DNA of 64,000 nt from Blasia pusilla. Its lineage: Eukaryota. The position numbers and the translations under genes were made by a program. The notes beneath the pieces are model-generated. The model searched no databases. It saw only the letters and a list, made by a program, of their open reading frames with translations, and was not told the origin of the DNA. The stretch is taken from positions 18,848,001-18,912,000 of the forward strand of contig CM114271.1 in NCBI GenBank assembly GCA_050084515.1. The letters are read 5' to 3'. Shown in pieces: positions 1 through 12,153 of this stretch. Position 1 is the stretch's first letter; each line of letters starts with the position of its first letter.

Positions 1-3000
1 GCTACTGCTCACATTTGCTATGACAAAGATCTTTTTTGTGAGTTTCATCCTGTGTCAAGTGCACAGTATGATGTTAAACAATGTCCTTTACGTACCAGAG
101 TTCACAAAGAACTTGGTATCTGTGCATCAGCTTACAGAGAAAGGCATTCTTGTATTATTCCTTGACAAAAGATGCATCCTTCAAAAGGGAGAAGAAGTTC
201 TCTGCCAGGGTGTGGCAGAAGACAAATTGTTTCGATTGGTGGAAACAACAAAAGTTGAAGCGATGGTGGCTGCTGATGCCATGGTAGCTGAAAACTCCAA
301 CAACATGAAACTGTGGCATCTTCGACTCGGCCATTTATCAGAGATCAACCTTCGTTCTCTACAGAAGATGGTGGAAGGGTTAAAACTACATGCTGATGGT
401 AGATTGGACTTTTGTAGAGCATGTGCTGAGGGTAAATCTCACAAATTGTCATTTCCCAAGAAATCTTTGAGTAGATCAACAGGCCTTCTAGATCTCATCC
501 ACTCAGATGTTTGGGGTTACATGACACAGAAGTCTCTAGGAGGAGCTGCTTGGTATGTGTCCTTTGTGGATGATTATAGCAGAAAAAGCTTTGTGTATCT
601 GATGAAACACAAAGGTGAGGTTCTTGATAAGTTCAAGAACTTTGTGGCAATGGTGGAGCTACAGACAGGAAGAAAAGTGAAGAAAATTCGCTCAGATGGA
701 GGCAAGGAGTACAGGAACAAAGAGTTCTCCTCCTTTTTGCAACAAAAGGATTTTGGCTGATGTCACAGCCAGAGACAGTCCCTCTCAGAATGGAGTAGCA
801 GAGAGACTAAACAGAACTCTGTCAGAGAAGGCGTTGAGCATGCTCCAGCATGCAAATCTCAGGAAAAGCTTTTGGGAGCTGCAATCAAGACTGCAAACTT
901 TCTGAGGAATGTAAGTCCTACTAGTGCTTTGAATGGGATGACTCCAGAAGAATGCTGGAGTGGTAAGAAGCCAGATATCTCCCACCTGAGAGTCTTTGGT
1001 TGTCCAGCTTACGTACATATCCCAAAGGAGCAAAGATCAAAATTCAGTAAGAAGGCTGAAAAGCTCATCTTTGTAGGATATGAGACTGGCTTGAAGGGAT
1101 ATGTTCTCTACAATCCAAAGACTGGACAGTGTGTCACAAGTAGAGATGTGCAGTTTGATGAAACCTGGGAAGGAGATCAGAAGAAAATTTCTGAAGTAGA
1201 GGGTGAATCATCATCACAACCGCAAATTACTTTTCATGCAGGAACTCCAACAACTGATCTAGAAAGAGATGCAGATCAAACCTCGAGACCATCTCGTGGA
1301 GAATTCCGTTCAGAAAATCTGAAGGTATATGTCAGGAGAAAGCAGAAAGTTGTCCAAACTGAGGAGAATCATCAGGAATCCAACTTTCAGCCTGCTGAAG
1401 TACCAGGTACCTCTGAAGATGCACAAACTGAAGAAGTGGCAGAGACATTGCCAAGGAGATCCGGAAGAACGAGAACACCTATTGACAGGTTGGGAGTTCA
1501 TCATGAGAAACAGGCTCACTCCTCAGTGGATGAAGAAGCTTGTCTTACTATGGATGGAGAGGATGAACCTCAAACACTTGCACAGGCTATGAGTAGACCT
1601 GATTGGAGCAAGTGGGAGATTGCCATTGATCAAGAGAAAAAGTCTCTTGCAAAGAATGGCACATGGGAGTGGACTGATCTTCCCAAAGAGAGGAGATCCA
1701 TTGGTTGCAAATGGGTTTTCAAGATCAAGAGAGGAGCTAACAATGAAGTGGTGAAGTACAAAGCTCGTCTTGTAGCAAAGGGTTTCAATCAGCAAGCTGA
1801 AGTTGATTATACAGAGACCTTTGCTCCTGTAGTACGGTATGGTTCCATAAGGTTGCTTTTAGCTCTAGCTGCTGAAGAAGATTGGGAGGTGGAGCAATTA
1901 GATGTGGAGACTGCTTTTCTGAATGGAGACCTGAAGGAAACCATCTACATGGATGTTCCAGATGGGTATGGTGGACATAGGGGCAATGCATGTTTGTTGA
2001 AGAAGGCATTGTATGGTCTTAAACAGGCTCCAAGAGCCTGGTATGAAAAGTTGGACTCTTACCTTAGGGAACAGGGGTTTTGTAGAGCTCATGCAGATTT
2101 GAGTGTTTACTGCAAAAATGGTACATTGTTTATTGCAGTTTATGTAGATGACCTCCTGTTGCTAGGCAAAAGTAAGAAAGAAATCCAGCAAGCAAAGGAC
2201 AATCTTTGCTCAGTCTTTGCTATGACTATCATAGGCCCAGTGAAGTTCATCCTTGGAACTAAAGTTGAGAGGAACAGAGCAGAAGGATGGATTAGACTCA
2301 GTCAGACTCACTACATTGATGCGATGCTGACAAGGTATAGAATGGCTGAGGCAAAGCCAGTTTCTACTCCACTGGATCCTGGGTGGAAACTTGCCAAAAC
2401 AGGTGCAGACAAACAGGAGGAGAATGAGAATGTTGAAAACCTTCAACATTTGTATCAGAGTGCTGTGGGTTCTCTGATGTTTGCCATGGTTTGCACAAGG
2501 CCAGATATCTCATATGCAGTGGTAGCACTGGCCAGGTACACGTCTAAACCTACTCTCACACATTGGAGATGTGTAAAGAGAGTCTTACGGTACTTGAAAG
2601 GTACCAAGAATGCGTATCTTGAATACAGGAAACAAGGATGTTTTCCTACCTTGACTGGCTTCACAGATGCTAGTTGGGGGGATGATCCTGACAACAGCAG
2701 GTCTACTGGTGGATATGTATTTACATTGAGTGGTGGTGCTATCAGTTGGCGCAGCAAGCAACAAACATCTGTTGCCTTGTCCACAACAGAAGCTGAGCTT
2801 ATGGCAGCTTCAAATGCTACTCAAGAAGTAGTTTGGCTGAGGAGATTGCTTGAGGAGGTTTGTTATAAGCAGAATGATGGAACTGTATTGTATTGTGATA
2901 ATACAGGAAGTATAAGTCTTCTCAAGAATCCTGTTCATCATCCTAGGACTAAGCATATAAATATTAGAAGAAGATTTATAGAGGAGAAAGAAAATGAGCA

Positions 3001-3124
3001 AATAGTCCAAGTAGAATATTTTCCTACAGAGGATATGACAGCTGATGTATTGACAAAGGCATTGTCAAGAGAAAAGCACAACAAATGTGCTCAGAAGATG
3101 GGTCTTATATTAAACTCCAGTTAA
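1..3124 (+). pseudogene. copia pol (PR-IN-RT-RH) with a deletion near nt 55-60 and two compensating frameshifts (~750 and ~875)
   Basis: ORFs 20..760 and 872..3124 are in the same frame; the integrase segment ILADVT...SFW lies in another frame (696..905). Confidence 0.9.
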
Positions 3125-3131
3125 GTGGGAG

Positions 3132-3797
3132 TGTTGTAAAACATAGTAACTTGGAGTTTACTATAGTGAAAAGTAACTGATAGAATTACTATAATAACTT
3201 AGTGTTTTACCACAGTAAATAGTAATTTCTTGTTACCATAGAGTTACCTCAGTAATTCTGAGAAATACTATGGGCGGCAGGCCCTAACCCTAAAAACCCT
3301 AAAACTTAGAAACTCATTCTCTTGGCTGTATATAACCCTCTGAGGGTGCCCTGCGAATTTACATTCTCTTACACCTTTCTGGACACAACTCTCTGAGCTG
3401 AGGAGCTGATTGAGAAGCACTGAGTGTGCTTTGCTTACCTGAGTGGATTGTGCTTCTCACCTTAGTAGTTCAGTGTGCTAAGCACTGAGTGTGCTGCTGC
3501 TTACAGACTGAGAGGTCTGCTGACTTGAGGAGTTCAGTGAGTCTTGTGATACAAGGTGTATAGTAGTACTAACCTGAGTGGTTGCTATTGAGATGTCTAC
3601 TGCTGCTAACCTGAGTGGTTGCTATTGCACTAAGTGTGCTTGAGAATGCAAGGTGATCTGGTGATGCAGGTTGTCTAGCTCTTTCCTCTACAATCTAACC
3701 TGAGTGGTTGCTATTGCACTAAGTGTGCTTGTAATAGCTAGGTTGTAGAGAAACTCTGATTCTAAAACATAGCATCCTTGTTACTGCCTTGTTGACA
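3132..3797 (+). repeat. 3' LTR of the copia element (right end approximate; alternative 3815)
   Basis: Starts TGTTG directly after the PPT; TATA-like TATATAA at ~3329; internal repeats AACCTGAGTGGTTGCTATTG x3; candidate end TTGACA. Confidence 0.7.
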
Positions 3798-4013
3798 ATC
3801 AGTTGAACTTTGACATCTAGTAAGTTGCCATTCAACTAATAAGAGTGAAAAAGAAAGTGCCCCAACCCAAAAGAACTCCTAAAGTAGAAGGAGCAAATTT
3901 GACCAAACCGAAGAACCCGAAGATTCTAATACTACACAGGTCTACTTCACAGAAACCTTTCATTCAGTGTTTAAGAAAAATTAAGACATTCAGGTTAGTA
4001 TCCACAAAATTAC

Positions 4014-4157
4014 CTCAAAAAAGCTGAGCAAAATTAACGCGCCAAGATTGAGATTCCAAAGAATGTCAAAGCGCGTGTAGATGAAGTAGAGCTTAGTTGC
4101 TAGTCTGGAATTCTCTTGTTCTAGCACCTCCGAAGGGATACCCTCTCCATCCTCAGC
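4014..4157 (-). CDS. TPC1: Two-pore cation channel TPC1, coding exon 2 (gene continues beyond the left edge)
   Basis: AG|...|GT-bounded 144-nt exon encoding AEDGEGIPSEVLEQENSRLATKLYFIYTRFDILWNLNLGALILLSFFE, matching plant TPC1 (AEDGxGLPxExL...YFIFTRxDxxWSLNYFALxxLNFFE); phase 0 join to exon 1. Confidence 0.93.
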
Positions 4158-4969
4158 CTGCCAGACAATTGCAAAGAGTACGATTATTTATGACTCGACT
4201 GGACCCATTCCACGACCACATTTCGGCTCATTCACGTGAGAGTTCAAATTTAGCGTGATTGCAAGGTAGTGAAACTCACTGTTCAGCGTCACCGTTGCTT
4301 TCACAAGACACTGTACGGAGTGTATGCCCAATCACAAGTAATTGCTCTAGAATTGGTTGCCCACATAGTCCAGCTCCGATGCTAAAATACTTTTTGTAAG
4401 AACACAGCTAGTAGCTTTGCTGACTGCCAGCGTCCTAACTCCCAGCAATCAACGTACACGTATTCAAATAGGAAACAAAGGTGCTAATCGTAACTCACGG
4501 CATGCGACCAGAAATCGGTGTTGCTGTCAGTAACTAGGCTAGCATGGACGTGAATTGCGTTCAGTTCAGTAGGGACAAGACTCTGTTCGAGTAAGGGTAC
4601 CTTTCAGAAGTCCGTGAGTATATATGAGCTACTTGATCAGCCAAAGGCCGTAATCCACATTCCTAACAGCTGCGAGTTCTTCTCCTTCAACAAGTTTGTT
4701 TTCGTCTGCTATTTACATGAGTCTAATACTCTGATTTCCTTGTGCTTGCATCATAAGTTGCAAATTACCAGCATAAAACGGCCTCCAAAAAGCAAGACCA
4801 AGGTTACCTGGTGGGAGAGGAGTACTGGCACCATTCCAGTCACTAGTGCGCATCCACATGATACGGACAGCCAGACTCCGTTTCGGGTATCAAACTAAAC
4901 TGAAACTCAAGAGCAGAGAGAGATTGGCATCAATTGCCAATAACTGACCAGGAAACTGAGATTTTTGCG

Positions 4970-5820
4970 CGGAGATTGGAACCAGTCTAAACTAACAGAA
5001 AACGGGGGAGAGAAGAAAAAGAAAAACATGATGAAATTCTCTGTGAATACTTCAATTTCCAACTCAATAACACACCAATTTGCACATGCATCGAGTCTCC
5101 TTCCTGGCGTTTATGGCTTACATCTACTTACTCGAGAGTTCCTTAAGAGATGAGTTTGGAACCATTCTAAACTAATAGAGGGGAAAAAAACTGCGGCGAT
5201 TCCTAATCACTTTCTCTGTAACCACTCAAATATCCAGCTCCGTAATTCTCCAGTTTGCATGCAACGAGTCTACTTTCTCACATTGATGAGCTACATTTCC
5301 TTACTCACCTGCTGCTTCGTGATTGGAATCAGTCTAAAGTAACAGAAAGGGGGAAAAGAACTCGTGCAGTTCACAATCAATTTTTCTGGGCGTACTTCAA
5401 TTTCCAGGTCCATAATACGCCGGTTTCCACATGCAGCCACTCTCCTTTCTCGCTGTTAAGCTCTACTCCTACTTGCCAAACGCAGACCTTAATTAAAAGT
5501 ATGCCCGGAAATTGGAACCAGTCTGATCTAAAAGAGAGGGGAAAAAATCCAGTAATTCATGATCCATTTCTGTGAGAGCGCCCAGATTCCCAGCTCCATA
5601 ATTCACCTTTAACCCATGCACTGAGATTGGAAACGTTGTAATCCAACAGAGACGAGAAAAATTACTTGAATTTTTTTTATTTTGATAGAAAAACTGAGGT
5701 AATACAAAATCGATTCGTCCGTAGGTACTTCAATTTCCAGCTCCTTCATTCACTAATTTATCACATGCATCGAGTCTCGTTTCTCGCTGTGATGCTCTGC
5801 ATCTACTTCCTCAGAGATGA
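4970..5820. repeat. Degenerate tandem array, ~5 units of ~115-190 bp, inside TPC1 intron 1
   Basis: Recurring GATTGGAACCAGTCTAAACTAACAGA-like (~4973, 5154, 5321, 5509, 5625) and ACTTCAATTTCCAGCTCCATAAT-like (~5049, 5224, 5394, 5585, 5727) motifs. Confidence 0.75.
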
Positions 5821-5878
5821 ATTAAACACAACTAATCCACAACTAGAACCCTCGTTGCACGTATGGGAAAATGAGTAC

Positions 5879-6013
5879 CAGATCCACCAGGGCAGCAGCT
5901 CTTTCGTAGATGTCGTCACTCGCTGCAGCTCCTACTCTTCCAAAAAGCGCCAATCCCCGAGTCCTACGCCAGTGCCCAGACTCCGGTCGCTCCACTATCA
6001 ACGGGTCCTCCAT
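5879..6013 (-). CDS. TPC1: Two-pore cation channel TPC1, first coding exon
   Basis: Encodes MEDPLIVERPESGHWRRTRGLALFGRVGAAASDDIYERAAALVDL, then a GT donor. MEDPLI and AAALVDL match the plant TPC1 N-terminus. Acceptor-like TTGCAG at 6027-6032 suggests a 5' UTR intron. Confidence 0.93.
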
Positions 6014-6649
6014 CCCGTCTATACTCCTGCAACAATTCAGAAAAACACGACTCCCAAAAGTCTTACCACCGCCGAAGCCAAAACGCCCAGTATCGATCAG
6101 GACTCGCTCAACCCGCCAAATCTCTCCATTCCCTCTGTCTGCAGATCATCCCGGCTGCTGCTGAAACCTCGCCTCGCAGTTTCGTTCCGCAGATGAATGC
6201 GTTGCTCGTCCTCCGAAGAGCGAGCGCCTGCAGGAGCTCGAAATCCGATAGCTGCGCCAAGCGACTAATGCCGTTCGCAGAATCGATAGATGAGCGTCGC
6301 AGAACTCCGTACAATGGATGGACGGATGCTTCGCGACAGAGGAGACAGTGGCAAAGTGCAGATTGACAGGGATCTCCTCTCATCCATTTTTCGCGGGGTC
6401 AAATACGGATCCAGACGAAGAGCCGGCCACAGAAACGTCCCTGTCCGACGCAGAAGAAGGCGAGTAGTACCGTAGCACCCACCCGCTGCTACGACGCATG
6501 GTAAGAATGATGAACCTCGATAAAAACGGGTGAAAGTACAAAAGACGGGGAGTGAAAAGACTAAACACAGCAACAACTCTTACAGACATATGATCACTAC
6601 TCTAACCTTGGCGTGAGCTTGCGGTTTGGGCATGCTCTAAAATTATGGA

Positions 6650-7910
6650 GCCTCATACATCTCTATGGGGGACGAATTAATGTTTATCGTGCAATCGACT
6701 ATAGATATGGGTCTTCTTCGTTGCCGTCGCCGCTCCTGGTAGTAATCTTCCTCGTTCCACCACTTGGGTTGGCACAGCCTATTGCATAGGATCCGTCAGT
6801 ACAACATTTGCCATCACCACCTTAGCCTCTTGTGTCATATAAAGTTTAGTACGAATGAGGCAATCTCGCATGGAGCAGTGCCGCTCTCTCTACACATAGA
6901 AACCACTCTCGCGAGCAATATTGAACATCATATCTAGCACCGCATCGTAAATGACTATCCTCTCACCTCCAACTGGACAGTTTGCCAAATGCACACCAAG
7001 TGGATCTAGACTCCAATGACATTCGCAATATGTTTCGATTGGGCATCTCGCACCGATGGTTCGAGATGCCCAATCGAAACGGCATCGGTGTGGTGTAGGT
7101 AAGTGGTGCGATACGGAAAGCCAATATGAGGGGGCGAGCCCCCAACCATGAGCTTGCCCCCTTTCCGGAGCAAGAGCGAATATACGAGCCCAAACCTCCA
7201 TGGGGGTATTCCCATTAGATATAATGCCTCTAAAAATTGCCTCTAAAAATTGCCTCTGAGTGGGCTTCCACCAAAGAAGATTAGAGCGTAGACTGACCGG
7301 AGGTAACTAAGGAGGTGAAAGTGGGGAGAACGGCTCTGGCCTTAATTAGAAGGGAATCTCTACAAGGTGTGAGTAAAGACTGAAGTGGGAAAAGGCCATC
7401 TTCTACATGGGAGACGTACTGTAGAAGGAGCGGTCTATCCCTAACTATAAATCAAGAGCAAAGAAAGGGTGTTGAAGTGACCCAACTCCCAAAAAAGCCG
7501 AGGGCGCCACTAAATTAGTCGAGAGAAGACCTACTCCACCAAAGGCAATCAGCCAAGAAGTCTTTCTATGAGCTAACTCCGCCATGGGGCACTCTAAGGG
7601 CCCGATTCCAAGGGCATGCTTGGAGGTCACGGGGACCTACTTTTTGGGTCCGAAAATATTATCCAACGGTTCATGAAGGAAAGACCCATTGATTTCAATT
7701 AATTTCTAACGGATTTCAGTTAAATGGGTCGCGAGGACGAATTCTGTGATCAAAAGTTTTGGGCGTAGAAAACTCGACGACGTTGTATCTCGCATGGAAA
7801 CCTAATCCTACTAGGTCCCCAAACACCTCCATGATCTTCCTATCAAAAGATCTACAAAGGGTAGAAGCGTGACTAGACGTCCAAACACATCTAATGAGAT
7901 GACAAAACAA
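6650..7910 (-). mobile_element. Truncated, decayed CRE-like non-LTR retrotransposon fragment with a ~190 bp insertion (~7608-7800)
   Basis: Peptides RSFDRKIMEVFGDL, SWLIAFGGVGL, SLDPLGVHLANCPVGGERI and IARESGF are colinear with the plus-strand element at 10.7-11.7 kb. Confidence 0.85.
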
Positions 7911-8623
7911 CAAGAGAGAATGCAGTAGCGACTTGAGGGTCACAATCGTCATAAAATCACCGACCAAGAAAAGATCCTCTAAATAAAAGTCGCCGTGACA
8001 AAACCGGATACAAAATCATGGATGTCGAATACGACTCCGAAGGAATTGGTAACGATTCGTTTGACCGGAAGATGCTCGTCGGAGCGGGGACAAGCGAGAG
8101 GAGGAGGGAACGAGTCACAAGTGTCCGCGCGGCTTGCAAGTTGCAACTTGCGGGCGCGGCGGCGCGGCCTCCACCGCGAGAGGACAGAGGAGAAGCGCCT
8201 CTATAATTAGCTCCCCGTCCTAAACCCGTGGTCGCGGAGCGCTTGAGCCGCGCGGCCAAATATAGACAGCATCCTAGTGGGCTCGTGTTCGTGTCGGATC
8301 CTCAGTGGCGGGATTGCGGCTCTCTTTCTGGTAGTTCTTTCTTTCTCCGCAGCACTGGCACCTCCCCCCATAACGCGCTGTCACCCGTCGTCGCAGTCCT
8401 CTCCACGCCGAGTCCGACCTGCCCTTGTGCTCCCGATGAGGCGGCCGCGCGTCGCATTTCTTCACTGTCGTGCATCTTTTCTTTCCTTTTCTGTGTCCCC
8501 GGCGAGCTACTCGCATCTGCCCGCTCTCGCTCCTCTTTCCACGTGTTTTTTTGACATTTGCTACTGCTCAGGTTGGTTTTAATTGGGCTAATATTCGGGA
8601 ACACGTGAAATTTTAGTGAAATT

Positions 8624-8675
8624 TATATTAATAAAAGAGGACGGGTTTGAGAACCCGTCCTCTTTTAATAATATA
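8624..8675. repeat. 24-bp-arm inverted repeat (1 mismatch, 4-nt loop); possible Helitron 5' terminus
   Basis: TATATTAATAAAAGAGGACGGGTT-tgag-AACCCGTCCTCTTTTAATAATATA. Confidence 0.85.
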
Positions 8676-11600
8676 TCTCTCCATTATTTGGGGAAGGGGT
8701 TGGATCATATGAGATAGGTGAAGATAATAGATGAGAGTTCATAATAGGGAGAGCATTTTCGTGGACGGGAAAAGAGTCGATTACCAGTAGGGCTAGTTCG
8801 AATGGGGGTTGTGGAGCGGATTTTGGTGGGGTTTGTCTTTCGAGTTTAACGGAGGGGGTCATGTTCTCTTCTTGGTGAGAGATGTCCATGTTTCGACCCG
8901 CATCGGCCCCTCGCGTAGGGGCTCGTGGGTCGTCTAGCCGGGATACGAAATATCCTTGTTGTTCCTAATTCTCCATTCGTTCAGGAATTCGGAACCATTT
9001 AGCTACTAAACATCATGACTTTGATAGATTCGGATGGGTGGTTCCTCCAGTCGATCATGGATGATCACCGGTGCTTCATGCATCATCGCCCCCTCCCGAG
9101 GCATGGGAGTGGTTGAGGTCCCACCTTGGCAGCATCACAGGTCTCTTTGAGACTCATTTTCCCTGCCCGAGGTTGTTTCATAGGATCCCCCATGCTATTC
9201 GGGATGAGCTTCGCTAGTCTTTCATCATTCCCTTATCTAGAATCGCACTTGATCCTATGGATGAACTCTCGTGGTATCTACTACTTCTCCTTCCACGATG
9301 GTGTCTTCGCTATACCCGAGGAGGGAAGGTTGGCCATAGAGAGGTTGTGGCCTGATTGGCGCTTCCGAGGAGGTGATTGGGAGTCTCTGCAGAGCGAGTT
9401 TGTGGCATATGCCAGAGGTAGTACTCCACGTGGTTTCCCAGCAGACGATCTTGTAGCTACCAGATTCCGACGATGTAGGAGACTTGGGCGAGCCGGGGAG
9501 TACTTGGGAGTGGCTTATGTGCTCCGCCCTATGGATATGGCTCCTCCTTCCATTGTTACCATCGACGCCCTCCGGAGGCAACACCCTCGTCCAGTGGTTG
9601 ACATCCCAACATTTGTACGTGACTTCCATCCAGACACGACCTTATGCCTAGACCTGTCCCTCTTTGCACGGACACTCGTGCGTTCCCCTAGGATAGTAGG
9701 TGGAGGGTTGTCCGGTATGATGTACGAACACCGTCGTGATTTCTTTCCCTCCGAGGACTCTGCTATCGGCTTTTCCGAGTTGCTTCAGGTTGCCTCTCAC
9801 CTAGCTCAAGGGAGAGTGCCAACAGCAGTAGCCCAGGTATTGGGGGCGGGGCGACTTTTGGCGCTATCGAAGGAGGGTGGAGGGATCCGTCCGATTGCCA
9901 TAGGGGAGGTGCTCTTGCGGTTGGTGAGTCGCACTATTGCTTTGCAGTTCCGTGAGGCTTTCCAGTCACATCTGAGTCCGCACCACTTCGGAGTTGCCAC
10001 GCCAGCTGGTTGTGAGGCTGTAGCCTCAGGTTTGAGGGCTTGTTTAGATATACATCCCGAGTTGGTGGTTCTCCAAGTTGATGTGGAGAACGCCTTTAAC
10101 TCAGTGTCTCGGGCAGCTATGAGCTGAGAGATGCAGGGGGTCCCATAGCGAGCCTGATTTCCTATGCATGTTTTTTATGGGGCCCCCTCGGCTCTCTATT
10201 TTCACCACGGTAGGTTCGAGGAGGAGGTCACGGTCTTGGAGTCTGCTACCGGGACGCGTCAGGGTGATCCCTTGGGTGGTGCATTGTTTGCTTTGGCTCA
10301 TTATCGAGCGGTTCTTTCTACGGTGGAGGCTTTTCCGGGTTGCATTTTCCCGTTGTTGGCAAATGATACTCACATTATCGGCCCTAGAGACTTGGTTATT
10401 CCTGCATTTCAGCACTTTTTAGCACAGTTGGCATACGTTGGCCTCGCGGTGAAGGTGGGAAAGTGCAAGGCTTGGTCTTTATTAGGCTTGTCAGCAGATA
10501 TTCATTTACCCGACGGTTTTTTGACACCTGCTGGAGGGCTTCGCGTCTTGGGAGTCCCACTCGGGAGCCAGGACTTTGTATCGAGTTTTGTGGCGTCGGC
10601 TCTTACCGAGGATCTTCTTCATGTCGACGATCTCACGAGGGTTGGTGACCCTCAAGTAGCTTATGGAATCCTCTCGTCATGTTTTGCCCGTAGCCTTGGT
10701 TATCTGTATAGAACCGTGTGGGCGACTAGCCATATTTCTTCCTTGTATAGATCCTTTGATAGAAAGATTATGCAAGCGTTTGGGGATCTTCTAGGACCTG
10801 GCTCATTAGAGTGCCCCGCGGGGGAGTCAGCTCGTAGACAGGCTTCTTGGCCGATTGCCTTTGGTGGAGTAGGTCTCACAGCGACTGCGTTAGTGGCGTC
10901 TTCAGCCTTTTTAGGGAGTTGGGCCACTGTAGCACCCCTCCTTTGCACCCAATTTTTGGTTAGGGATAGACCGCTACTTTTACAATACGTTTCCCACGTT
11001 GAGGATGGTCTTTTCCCACTTCAGTCTTCACTCACAGCTTGTAGAGACTCCCTTCTTGTTGAGGCTAGAGCAATTCTTCCCGCTTTTTCTTCCCTAGTTA
11101 CCTCTGGATAGTCTGGGCTCCAATCTTCTTTGATGGAAGCCCACTTTGATGCATTATTTAGAGCTGCTATGTCGGACGGGAATATCCCCATGGAGGTTCG
11201 GGCCTGTATTCGCTCTTGCTCCGGAAAGGGGGCAGGCTTATGGGTGGGGGCTCGTCCCCTCATCCCGGCTTTCCGTATTGCACCACTTACCTACACTACA
11301 GCGATGAGGTTCCGACTGGGCTTGCCCCAACCGACGGTGGTTGGTTCGACACATTGCCAGTGTCGCCGGAGTCTGGATCCACTTGGTGTGCATTTAGCAC
11401 GGTGTCCAGTTGGGGGTGAGAGGATAGCCACTCACGATGCAGTGCGGGATATTATGTTCTCTATTGCTCGGGAGAGTGGATTCCATGTACAAAGAGAGAG
11501 GCACTACTCCATGCGAGATTCCCTTATCCGTGCTGATCTCTACATGACGAGGGAGTCTGAGGTGGTGGTAACGGATGTTGTAGTGACGGATCCTACGCGG

Positions 11601-12153
11601 GGGGCGGTACGAGCCCAAGTGGTAGCACAAGGGAGATTGCTACAAGGAGCGGCAACGGCGGCGGCGGCGGTCAAGAAGACCCACATTTATAGTCGACTTC
11701 ATGACGGACATCGATTTATCCCCCTAGCCATTGAGATGTACGGGGCAATGGGGGAGAGGTTTGACTCATTCCTTACGGATTGCGCCCATCATCTCCACTC
11801 GAGAAATGGGTTGTCCTTAGCCACTACGATACTTTATTGTAGGCAACGGGTCTCCATAGCTTTGCAGCGCGCCCAGGAAAATGGGCTTCTGCGGCGGGCT
11901 CAGGCGGTTGGAGACGCCAATGTTAGAGGCCCAGTTAGTGGCAGTCATAGTTTTCTAGGTGTAGCTGATATTGTCTCTTCTGTTGGTGATTTTGGTCGTT
12001 AGGGGGGAGGGCCCCCGTCTTTCTCCTCGGAGCCGGTTCCGGCCTCTTGAGGTCTATTTTTTGGGTCTCCATGCCCCCTCTTTTGTATCGTGATGGGTTT
12101 CCCATCCTTTTTCTACATATATAATTTATTTTTCATTCACTTTTAATAATATA
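8676..12153 (+). mobile_element. CRE-like (RLE-type) non-LTR retrotransposon, inactive, with a 14-bp target-site duplication
   Basis: Single frame 9126-12002 broken by stops at 10125, 10146, 10155 and 11109. RT motifs GIRPIAIGEVLLRL, QVDVENAFNSVSR, GTRQGDPLG, LAND (for xADD). CCHC knuckle, HD, RADL/D/K and FIPLAIExxG endonuclease motifs. CTTTTAATAATATA at 8662-8675 and 12140-12153. Confidence 0.9.

Larger units (their letters stand above)
1..3797 (+). mobile_element. Ty1/copia LTR retrotransposon (5' part outside window), inserted antisense in TPC1 intron 2
   Basis: Copia domain order: protease tail (ATAHIC, frame 1), integrase zinc finger (WHLRLGH...CRAC), integrase core (IHSDVWG, VDDYSRK, NGVAERLNRT), RT (YKARLVAKG, YVDDLL), RNase H (TDASW, CDN, ADVLTK). 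PPT AAGTGGGAG at 3123-3131, then TG. Confidence 0.95.

Noticed and set aside
3281-3305. Telomere-like CCCTAA(A) motifs
   Set aside because: Short and imperfect, inside an LTR; most likely telo-box-like promoter motifs.
5666-6196. 176-aa plus-strand ORF
   Set aside because: It is the antisense shadow of TPC1 exon 1 and has no recognisable motifs.
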